Assembly (NCBI GenBank): GCA_964016885.1
Contig: OZ024750.1
Span: 18,476,001 to 18,540,000, forward strand
Direction of reading: 5' to 3'
DNA: 64,000 bases
Origin: Eledone cirrhosa
Lineage: Eukaryota
The position numbers were made by a program, and so were the translations under genes. Positions within the stretch are counted from its first letter, which is position 1. Every line of letters begins with the position of its first letter. Of the stretch, positions 46,278-58,016 are shown in pieces. The notes under the pieces were generated by a model. The model saw nothing but the letters and a program-made list of their open reading frames with translations. It searched no databases and had not been told where the DNA came from.

Positions 46278-49200
46278 ATCATCAGTAAGTTGACTTTCAT
46301 TAAGATAATTTTTAACAATTTTTTTTTTTTTTTTTTTTAAACCCAAATTTTTATAAATATTTAATCCTCATTGAATAGACCAAAAATCAGGAGTCTTCTA
46401 CCCATGACTACCCTGTTGGGTATACATTTCTAAGGTGGTTGGCCATTCAGCTGTAGGAACCATGCTAAATATGGAACATAATGAGCAAGTTTGGTTTACC
46501 CCAACTCATCTAGTTTCAGACAGACAACCTGTCTAACATATACAAGCTTGGAAAGTTGTTTTTTCATAATTTTATATCAAATTTTCCAATGAGTTGGACA
46601 AGTTGTTACTGAACAAATTCATTATGTAATCAACTATTGTCTTAGACTAGCCAGGACCACATTTGATACATTCCAGTTTTGGTATGGTTTCTAAAGCTGA
46701 ATGCCATTCCTTTTGTGTACAAGGTGCAATTTATTGTGGCCTTGGCACTAGAGGTTATGTCCTTGACACAACTGTGGCCCTGGCACTAGAGGTTGTCCTT
46801 GACACAACTGAAGAATCCTCATTGCCTTTTGTATGTCATGATTTCTATGACTATGCACCCTTCCTATATCAACTATTTTACAGTGTGTACTGGGTAGATC
46901 TTATATTGGCACCAATTCTAGGAAGGTTACCTTGTTACAAGGCAAATGTGTTCAAGACTGAGAATAGACAAGTCATTGAGCTGGAACAGAGATGCATGGT
47001 GAATTTGGTGAGTGTGAGGACATTTTTAATTCGAGCATTCTAACAATTTTCTTCTTTGCCCACTTATACCTGGGTGAAGGGGCAGTCCTCAAACCCACCT
47101 ACCATTTGGTCTTATCAGAAGCAACTGTCTCCAGCTGGATTTTCAAACAAGACCAGCCAAGCTCATGGATGTTAGCCAACCATCTTGCTCAAGTTCTACT
47201 CATGGGTCTCCTGGTGGTTGGTTTTGCCCATAAAATCTGTCTAGTGATTCCTTTGAGACATTCTAACCACATGCCCAATGTTTCTATATTTTAAAATGCT
47301 CACCATTGTTTTCTTTTCCTTTCAGGTATCACTTGTTTTCATTTGTTTCGACCAATTAAGATAATTTATTTTAAAATGAAAGTCTTGACTTTCAATATCC
47401 ATTAAAGACTTGTGAAATTAATATTTTAAGTACTTTCACTCATAATTGTTTCGAATTTTTTTCCTCTCTGTTTGTGAAATTTAGAACTTTTAAAACACCA
47501 CTCTTGGAACTTTATTTTTTATTTTTGAAAAACATGTTAAACGATTTTGTTTTATAACAATGTTATTTGCCTGTTTCGAGTGTTTTTACAGTAAGTTTAT
47601 GAAATCAGTTAAGTTAAAACCTTATATATGTATATATATAGTTATAGCTGAGAAGCTATACTAGTGACTCAGTTTTGTGCTTAATGAAGGGTAATTTGCG
47701 CATGAAGCTCTTTACCCTTGGGTGGAATAGCTTTGTAGCTATAATAATAATAATAAAAAAAGTTAACTGAAATTTTTTTCCAGTTTCCAATCACATGTGC
47801 ATGCACACAGGTGTGCATAGATGCACCCACACCTATATATTTCACTGCTATTAAAGTTATTTTTGAAGATTAGTTTTCGATTTGTCAATCATAACCCTCA
47901 TAGTGAAATCGCAATCGATATTTGATTAGCAAGTTGAATATTCTCAATTCTTCTATTTGAGAAATTTTGTTATGAGACAAAATTGTTCATTACAGTAATC
48001 TAACCTGTATAGAATGTATTTTGGTTTACAAGTTTTTATCTTTGTTTTTAATTCGTCCATATTGAATCTCGATGTTTTAACAGTAATTACAGCTGTATAT
48101 CTTTTAATGATATTTAATAAAGTATTAAATGTAGTCTTATTTTAATGTAAAATGGTGAAAAATAAATAAATTTTAATCTCAAATATTGTGTTGTATTTTA
48201 TTTTAATTTTATTTTATATTACTATTTTGGGGCACAAGGAAAAGCATCCAGCCATAGAAACCATGCCAAAATTGAAACATATTGAATAAAACGTTGTCCC
48301 TAGACTTGCCTAGGACATCAGATCTGATTAACCCTTTCATTACCATATTTCTAATGAAAGAGACTGCTTATAACTTTAGACATCATAAATTTGGGAGGAT
48401 TTAGTAATATTCTTTCATTAGTACGTTGATGGCTGGAACATAATTTAACAAAGGTTCTTCCATAAAATTATGGAAGGTTTTTAAATAATCACTTCTAAAC
48501 AAACAGCTTCATATTGTAGAAAATAGAACCAAGAGCAGTTTGCAAGCTGTTTGGAATCAAAAGGGTTAAACACTGATGTGATTTATAACTCGTCCAACAA
48601 ATGCTAGCGTGGAACATGGACATAAATTGATGATGCTATATTTGGCAAGTGTACAAAAATAAACACTAAACAAGATACAGGTCAGTTTGTTACTAAATCA
48701 TGTTCACCAGTTCACAAATAGTCTGCATTTGTCTTGGCTTAAAATCAATATTAAGTCTAGTTGCTACTAGAACAGTTTCAGTGGAGGTAGCTTTAATTCT
48801 TTCATGGCCATATTTCTCATGAAATACACTCTAATTCAATTGAGGAATTTTGTGAGATTTACTAAAATTCTTAATTGTTTTAAGAGTAAAATAGTAAACT
48901 TAACATATGGTTCTTATATAAAATTATGTTGAAAGATTATGAAGGCAGGTAATATTAAAAATAACAGATTTAACATAAGTTTATTTATTGTCACAACCAA
49001 TTAAGACCAACCCTAACATTATATTTAGAGGGGGACCGGTAAAATAAGCTTAAAAAGCATGGTTGTCTATTTTACCGGGACTGGCAAAGTAGCCTGTTTG
49101 AAATAATTGTTTCTACTTTTGGCACAAGGCCAGCAATTATCCCAGTGTATTACTGGTACTTTATTTTATCGACCCCCCCCCCCCCCATAAGGATGAAAGG

Positions 49201-49965
49201 CAAAGTTAACCTCGGCGGGATTTGAACTCAGAATAGCAAGGGCCGTAACTCTATGCGTCAAAGCATGGCGTCCGACCCTCTACTGATACTGCCAATCCAC
49301 AATAATAAATATAGTTCCTCTCCTAAGTTGTTAGTCAGTGGTATAATGGAGATTAGACATTCCAGTCATGAGAATCTAGTTTTCTTTGTGATATGGCATA
49401 TTCCTAACTGAAACGAATTCAGTTTGCAGGTTTCAAGATAGGGCGAATGATAAATTGTAATAATAAAAAAAAAATTAAAAAAAAAACCCTATATTATTTA
49501 AATTCGAGTTACCTCCCTTCATAAGAATTTTACATACCTGAGTTACTTTCCTTTAATTCGCGATATACTGTGTATATATATACAGTGTACCCCAATATTC
49601 CCGGTCTTGGTATAATATATATAATATACAATATTAAATAAATGGAAACTATATTTATATTTGTTGAATTGCCAACAAATTGAATATCGTGTGTGTGTGT
49701 GTGTGTGTGTGTGTGAAATTCAGGCTCTCGACGGCTGAGCTCCTGACGTTGGGTATCAGGTTTTTCAGATTATTACCTACCTGAGTATTCGATACTTGGT
49801 GTATAACTGGTTTTTACTCCATTCTGACACACAGACAGAGAGACAGACACATTTTTAAAAGTTAAACAAGGTTCAATGAATAAATCAAAGAATGAGTTTT
49901 ACAATAGATTGGAAGCACTCAACAGTAATGGTTTTCCAGAGTTATTAATATTAATTCAAAATATT

Positions 49966-50249
49966 AAAATAGATATTCTTGTGATCAAGTATATTTTATT
50001 CATATTTCAGAGGTACTGAGTTAAGTTCAACAGTACGTCCTCATCAGATAAAATAAGATGATGCATGACATACCCTGACATAGATGGTTAAGATTCATGG
50101 TTAATGACTACCATGACTGAATCTTAACCATCTATCTCAGGATATGTCATGCATCATCTTATTTTATCTGATGAGGACGTACTGTTGAACTTAACTCAGT
50201 ACCTCTGAAATATGTATAAAATATAGTTCATCACAAGATTATCTATTTT
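49966..50249. repeat. Inverted repeat (132-bp arms, 20-nt spacer) with a hammerhead-like motif in each arm; probable inverted pLTR of the adjacent Penelope-like element
   Basis: 49966-50097 pairs with 50118-50249 with 6 mismatches. Confidence 0.9.
50160..50223 (+). ncRNA. Degenerate type I hammerhead ribozyme (mirror copy at 49992-50055 on the minus strand)
   Basis: UAUUUUAU-CUGAUGA-GGACGUACUG uugaacuuaacu CAGUACCUCU-GAAA-UAUG-UA-UAAAAUA. Stem II has 9 of 10 pairs but stem I is out of register by 1 nt. The minus copy lacks U16.1. Confidence 0.6.
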
Positions 50250-50289
50250 GTTAATATTGTGAATTATCACACGCACGCACGCACACTTC

Positions 50290-50586
50290 TAGGGGTTGCA
50301 TTGATGAACATTACTCTCTGCTATCATACCATGGGTTGACTTACATGGTCGTCTTAATTCTTTCTAGCTTATTCCAAAATTTGCTCATAAACATGAATAT
50401 ATATATACTCTGAGGGTCATGTTGACAATAAAAACACATGCACCTGTTGGTTTTCACTTTAATTTATTACAAATTTCTGGTTGGTTGGTTTAATAATTAG
50501 ATGGTTGTTTATTTGTCAAAACTCTTTCATCACACATTCTGTGACCTCCATGACATTTATTGTCTCCTTTTCTTTTGTCCTACACC

Positions 50587-50622
<36 letters not shown>

Positions 50623-51600
50623 TATTTGTCACCAATCAGTTGCTTGTTCTGTGCCTGGTTCCTGTGTCTGTCTTTATCTTGTTAGTTGTGATGTTGCTAT
50701 TCCAATCATGTTTTCTGTTTAATTTTGCTCTTCTCTAGTGTGCCCCAATGTTCCATCTTGGCACATTGGTGGAGTACTGATGAGTTCTTTCCATCTCGGA
50801 GTGCTTGTCTTTCTCCTATGCTATGGGTTGTCTCACCTATGTTAAGCTGTTCTTATTCTGACATTGTCCCTCAGTACACCTGTTATATACTACATTCCTA
50901 GTTTTGCAGTTTGTGGACTTGCAAACTATGCATTTTCAAACAACGCAGGTTTTATTTAAAAGGATATGTTCTAATTAGGGCTTTTATGGGAATACCTGGT
51001 CTTTCAACTATCTTGATATTTAATTTTTGTTTATCTAAAGCCCTTTTAAATTTGTAAGCTGGTTCGCCTCAGAGTTGCATTGATGAACATTCCACTCTGG
51101 TATTTATTGCTATCATACCATGAGTTGACTTTATTGGTCGTCTTAATTCTCTTTAGCTTATTCCAAAATTTGCTCCTATACATGGGGAAAGTCCCATTCG
51201 CATCATTTTCTATAATCTTTGTCCATGGCCCCTTTATACACCCTGATCCTGTCTGATTATAGTCAAAGAACTATGCAGTAGGTGAAGTGCTGTATGTGTC
51301 TCCCTAATTCTTTAGGATTGCACATGTAGGACACATTTCTCATGTTATCCCAAACATAATGCGAATGGAGGATTTGTATTTTATCATTGGTGGTTTCTAA
51401 CCAGAGTTCTGTGTCTAGTATGGGTAATCTATGGTAGCTATTTGCTAGATGTTTTCCATGGTGTTCCTCTAATTCCAGACCCTTCTCCTGCGAGGGTGCT
51501 TTCACTATGATGCCCCTGTCATCTACGTAGTGGGAGTATATACCCAGGGTTATAAAATTCAAGTCTTTTGCCTCATTATACCACACACACATCCTTACAA
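50290..51600 (-). mobile_element. Decayed Penelope-like retroelement (RT C-terminus, Cys-rich linker and GIY-YIG endonuclease; Neptune-like)
   Basis: Minus frames give HYVDDRGII...RLPILDTELW (RT motif C and thumb region, 51263-51592) and KCIVCKSTNCKTRNVVY.RC...C....IGETT (about 50940-50825; zinc knuckle plus GIY-YIG). Frameshifts and stops are present, and 50295-50388 duplicates 51074-51177. Confidence 0.8.
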
Positions 51601-54600
51601 TTTCAAGACTATAACCCCTCTTTAGTGGTGTTCAAATGAGGACTTCTATAATTTGAGCTGATCCATTTCTTTAACTATTTAAGAATGCATTGAGTTAACC
51701 TTGTTTATGAGCCTGATTGAAAGCAGACACGTTTCAATCTTATTAGACCTCCTCAGCAAAGGATATTCACTCAGCAAGTTGGTTAAATGAACCAAATATA
51801 TATATATATATATAGAGAGAAAGGGTAAATAAATGTAAGCATAAACTTCATGTAGACTGCTTACCTCATGCTTTTTGTGTCTACCCCTTTGTTGATACAA
51901 TCTGAATAATTTATTGATTTTCTAAAAGGATAAAAGACAATTGATCTTGGCAGTATTTGAACAAGTGTTGTAGAGAACCAAAGGAAATATTGCAGTGCAT
52001 TCTCTCCAACACTACCAACTCAATTAACTGGCTGCATTTGTCATTTAGTGAAATCCAGGCAATGTACTTTATTTTTTCATTTGGTAGAAGAGCCATTTGC
52101 ATTCACAAACCCTTGAAGATTAGAGAGATTGATGACGATGCCTTTAGCATTTACATTACTCATTTTTTTATATATCTATATATCATTAAACATCCATCTT
52201 CCATGGGTTTGGATGGGAGTTTTCCCACTTGAGGCAAGATTGGTTGTCCTGCTCGCATAGGACTGTCTGGCGGGTTTTCTACGGCTGGATGCTCTTCCTA
52301 ACACCAACCACATTTACAGAGTGGACTGGGAGTTTGTCGTGACACCTACACGACCATTTGTTTTGGACTGGATGGGGTGGGGGTAGTGGGACAGAGGTGC
52401 CTACTGACTGTAGGTTTCGCTTTGTACTTAGGCAAGGCGGGTCTTCTGTATTACTGTAGCGCCAAAGATCTTGGAGAGGTGTAAGTGTGTGTGAGGTCGG
52501 AATTTATCAAGTCGTCCCAGGTTATATATATTTATATATATATAGACACTATTATATTTTTATGGCGGTGGATTGGCAATATCGGTAGAGGGTCGGACGC
52601 TATGCTTTGACATAGAATGGCAAGGGCTGTAACTCTGAGCTCAAACCCCGCCGAGGTTAACTTTGCCTTTCATCCTTATAGGGTCGATAAAATAAAGTAC
52701 CAGTAATTGCAGGCCTTGTGCCAAACGTAGAAACAATTATATTTTTATGGTAAAGGCTTTACCTCACTAGGGATACTGCATCCTTCGAAACTTACATGCT
52801 TCCTGAAATTTGCCAACACATACACACATGTATCTGTATATCATGACTCATACACTGTTAACTTTCCTGACATTTGTACATTATTCTATGTACTATACAT
52901 ACACCTTCGATGAGTTGTAGTGCACCTGAGCACTGTATATAATAATTTCATTATTTTTATAGTTATCTCACATAATATTGAAGCTATGAGATTGAGAAGA
53001 ATACTTTAACATCAGTATGAATGGCTGGTTACATCTGGTTTGAACAGAAAAGGGTGAGAATTCTGGCTAGATATGGTTGGTTTAAATGCTGAAGGGTTAA
53101 ATAGTTGTAGGTTCAGTCCTGTCGTAAACACATGAGCAAAGGAGTTCCAGAGGGTCAACATACTAGACAGGAAGGAATAGGTGTAGTGGCTAATGTGAGA
53201 TATGGGGAGTTAGAGAGAACAGAGATGATGTAAGAGATTAAGGGTGTGTAGAGGTAGCACATGTCCACCAAGCAAACTCCATTGTAGTAGCTTTATAGAA
53301 AAAAAAAAAAAACTAAAAATACAATCTAATGACTATGTTGGAATATAGAATTTATTCATATAAATATATATATACGTCAGTGTGTGCCTCTATGTGTGTG
53401 TGTGTGTCTGTGTGTGTCCATAAATATATATGTATACACATATATACATTTACACACACACATACATATGTATATATATATATATATATATGCACACACA
53501 AATGTTCGTGTGTGTGTGTGAAAAGAAAACAGAAACAACAAAGCAAACACAGTACAATGAAGAAATCTATTTGTTTAACATGTGATACAGTAGGAAATGT
53601 GTCTGAGTTTCAGTCACAAGTCCTTCCTCAGAAGACAGGATGAGAAATAAAAGATGAGAAAGGGAAGAAACAGAAAATAAAAATTGTGGATACACAAATA
53701 CATATACATAAGTATACATGTAAGTGTGTGTGTGTATATATATATATATATACACACAAATAAACATACATATATACACACATACACACAAATATATATG
53801 TATACATATATATATATATACCTACACACACACATAAGATGGGATGTAGTTTTAAGTGTAAGCTTTAATTAGGATTGTAAAAAGCAGAAAGTGTTTGTAG
53901 TTGAAGCTACTAACTGCCCATTTAAAAGTGTAGAACCACACGGTCACTTTAGTTACCAATTTGGATTTCTCTCTTAACTGGACACAAGCTAAATAAGGAA
54001 GCTGTGGCATTCATGGTTTTCCTAAGGGCAGTAATAGCATTTAACCGGGAATCTAGAATCATGTCATGGATTTGACTTTGCCAGAAGCTTGCATCTTGTT
54101 TAATACAAAAAAAAAAAAAAAAAAAAAAAAAAAAAGCCACACATATCTCAACTAACATTGAGACCTTATATAAATGCAAAGCCTTCACTTCGTAAGGGTT
54201 TTGAGAAATGGTGTATTGTAGCATTGGTGCCTTTACAAAAGACATTAGAAGCATAAGTTCTATGTAAGCACAAGGCCTTCACTACATAAGAGCTCTGAGA
54301 AATGGTGTATTGTGGCATTCATGCTTTTACAAAAGACATAAGAAGCATAATAAGTGCATTGAAATAATCTTCAACCAAGAATTGAAACTGGCTTGCTGGG
54401 AGCAGAGCTTAACCACTACTTTGTTGTGGTACTCACCACATCATTAGGAATATTGAACAAAAAATAATATCTAAGCAGTTAATTTCAAACAGCTCCATGT
54501 CTATTGGCTCTACAAATGGTAAAAGCATTAGCAACAATATAGTTTTAAATGCTTCTCACAAGTTGAAGCTTTCTCTTCATTCCACACTCTCTCTGTTTTT

Positions 54601-55397
54601 TTAAAAATCCTTTTAATCCTTTTGTGAACAAACTGCCTAAACCACTCCTGGATCTGCATAACAAAACTATTTATTTTAAAGTGTTTGTATTTATCTAAAA
54701 AGTCATATCATAAATGCAGGTTTTGAATAGGTACACAGTATCTCTGTGTTGTAAGAGGTGACTAAATAAGTCATCAGGCCATAAATCATTGTTTCAAGAA
54801 ACCCTATGATAGGTATGAAGCTTGCTATGGGAGCCTGCATAGCCAACCCCTGCTTTAGCAGGGAAGATGGTCTTAAAATATGTGTGATTGTGTTGTTGCT
54901 GCTATCATAATTTGATGTAAAATCCTTTCTTAAGTTATGTTGCAAATAGATAAATAATAAGGAAGTTAATTGCATTACAAAATCCTTCCGAATTCTTGAT
55001 TATTTTCAAAATTATTTGAAAATCACAGGTAGTGTCTTTCATTACAAATATGGTAATGAAAGGGTTTAAACACTTATATTTATCTAAAAACCTCCCTCTT
55101 CACTTAAGAAATGTTCTAACATAAAATTATTTTCCAGATACTAAATAAATAATGAGAATATTAGTTACATTACTAAATCCTTCCAAATTCTTAATCATAG
55201 GTGGTACCTTTCATGAGAAATATAGTAAGAAAAGGGTTAAAATGAAATATATCAAAATGATAGGATTTTTTTTGAAATACTACAAAAAAATATTCTTTTT
55301 TTTTTCTTTTGGCAAGAATAGTCAGTTTGTGGAGAGAAGAGCTAAGGAGAAAAATAAATAAATAATAAAAATATTTCATATTTCCTTAGCTTCTAGT

Positions 55398-57201
55398 TTA
55401 CCAACCATCGAAATCACTAAATAATAAATAGTTTTTGATTTTTAAGGGAATTTCCAAGGACTGGATATTATTTGAAACTTTCCCCCCCTTACCAAAAGTG
55501 GTGCGGATACATTGTCTACAGTGTTCCATTAATGGTCGGGTATTACATGACAGCGTCTGTACCATCTCAATGGTACTATTGTTCACAGATGGCATTTTAC
55601 GTAGAATGTGTAAATGACTACGAAATGCGTTCAATGCTTTTGACCCATAAGCTTTAGCTAGCCATATAATCAGTGTCTCTTTTTGTTGGTGTAGTACATG
55701 TTCAAAAGGACTACAAGGTCCACAGGATTCCAGGAAGTTGGAAACCTGATTAGATCGAGCATTAGCAAGCAGTAATACTTTGGCCATGTCAAGATTTAAG
55801 TTATCAATTGCAAACCAAAGTGGTAAGGTGCCCACGGCATCTTCAATATCTGGATCAGCGCCATACTGTAGAAGTAACACAACAAGGGGGAAATTATTAT
55901 AAAAAACTGCTTCGTTAAGTGCTGTCATTCCATGTAAGCCTCGATGGTTCAGCTTACAACCTTCGTCAAGCAATAGCTTTGATGTTGAAATCTGTTGGTG
56001 TTTTACAGCATTCACGAGAGGTGTGATACCGTCGTAGTTCTGTGCATCAATGTCAAATTTTTGTTCAATGAGAAACTTACAGATTTCAGTGTTACCACCC
56101 GCAGCAGCAAAGTGCAGAAGCATATCACCATTGGAAGTCCTTTCATAAATATCAGCACCATTGGCTATCAGGAATTTCAATACATCCATATGTCCTTTGC
56201 TAGCAGCAACATGAAGGGGAGTGCAGCCAAGGACATCCTGTGCATTAATGGAGGAACCAGCTTCAAACAGTAATTTGCAGCAACCCAGCTTTCCTCGCTC
56301 TGACGCCAAATGCAGTGCTGTACGTTTGTTATAGGCCACCATGTTAATATTGCTTCTATGTTGCACCAACAGCTCTACCACCTTATCGTGACCATTGAGT
56401 GATGCCATCATCAGAGGTGTGAAACGCCGTATGTCTTGTGCATCAATCTCTGCACCATGCTCGAGCAACAAACAGGTGCACTCAAAGTCTCCATGCTGTG
56501 TGGTGAGATGTAGTGCAGTGACTGCACTATGGCTCATGTGGTTCACATCACAGCTTCGATTCAGCAGCATTGCTAAAACCTGATAATGTCCCTTCTCTGC
56601 AGCACACATCAACGGAGTATTACCAAAGTTATCCTCACTCTCAACATCAGCTTTAGCTAACAACAGGGTCTGGCAACAGTTAATATGGCCATTGCTGGCA
56701 GCCATGTGTAGAGCGCTTGCTTCATGAGATCCTCCTCGACGTACCGATGCATTCCATTTCAGTAAGAGTTTCACAACATTATCATGGCCGTTTGTTGCTG
56801 CTAAAATGAGTGGAGTGTTGTCTTCGGCATTTTCAGAATTTGCTTCAGATCCAGCCTCTAACAAAGACTGACAACATTCTAAATGTCCTTCACAAGCACT
56901 GAAATGAAGGGCTGTGTTTTGTAATGGACCAACACTGATATCAACAGAACAATCCCAGCGTATGAGAAGATCAAGTGTCTGGCTTTGTCCATACTTAGCA
57001 GCCATTGTTAAAGGTGTGAAACCTTCAGCATCCAACATATTGCATGATATCCCGGCCTCCAGAATTGTTGCAGCACAATTGATGGATCCTATTTTACAGG
57101 ACAGAATTAAGCTTATCTTCATTTCATCTTCGGTTAATTCTTTGGCAGCTATTATTCGGCGAAGCGTCTTACCATCATCTTGCTTTAGAAGTTCTCGTAA
57201 C
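55398..57201 (-). CDS. Ankyrin repeat and SOCS box protein (ASB family); single large terminal exon of about 600 aa, upstream exon(s) not identified
   Basis: About 14 ankyrin repeats (G.TPL..AA..GH..VV.LL / TALH.A...GH..CC..LL..GA) precede the C-terminal SOCS box TRPLMEHCRQCIR...IQSLEIPLKIKNYLLF. A polypyrimidine acceptor TTCTTCAG|G at 57202/57201 shows that the N-terminus given in the ORF track is intronic. Confidence 0.88.
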
Positions 57202-57973
57202 CTGAAGAATATAGAACAAAAATAGAGATAAAAGGGGTTAAATATAAAAAAAAAAAACATGTTTATTTTAAAATAATCAAAAGTGTATATATTCAAATAT
57301 TTGTTAAATCAAAGGTGGTGAATTGGCAGAGTCATTGGAATGTCAGATTGAATGCATTATGGTAGTTGTTCCAGCTCTCTACATTTTTAGTTCAAATCCT
57401 GTTGAGGTTAACTTTGACTTTCATACTTTCCAGTTTGATAAATACAGTACCAGTTGAATACTGGAGTCGATTTTTCTTCTATATCTCTTTATCACCTCTC
57501 TCTTGCTCTCATTCTTTGTCTGTGTTACATGTCTAACTAAGACATACCATAGATAATTATGGTGCCCTTATGACTCCATCAAGAGTTCATGCATGCAAGA
57601 GCCCTGATCAAGTAAGTAATTATATATTATATATACAGCCCTTGCTAGCAGATAGCAGACATTAAATTATGATAATGATGGCGGAGCTGATATTGAGAGA
57701 GGAGAAATTGAATTTTATCAATTCCCCTATCTCTCTATCCTGGGCTCTGGAGAACCCAGAGTGAATAAAAAATAATGTTCGGAAGTTCATCTGAAGAAGC
57801 CGGATTAATACTATGGAAGCAAACCACTGCAAAGTTATCAAACCCATCGAAACATTTGTAATGGAAAATTTCCAGATATATTGTTGTAAAAACCCATTTT
57901 TCATGCTTATTCTTCACACACACACACACATATATAGTGGGTGTGTATATATATGTGTGTAAATGTGTGTGTG

Positions 57974-58016
<43 letters not shown>

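Noticed and set aside
50776-50805. CTGATGAG...CTCGGAG hammerhead-like string
   Set aside because: It lacks GAAA and a pairing stem I, and lies antisense within the Penelope ORF remnant.
57202-57296. N-terminal 32 aa of the 632-aa ORF in the track
   Set aside because: This is a Phe-rich translation of the intron's polypyrimidine tract upstream of the acceptor at 57202.
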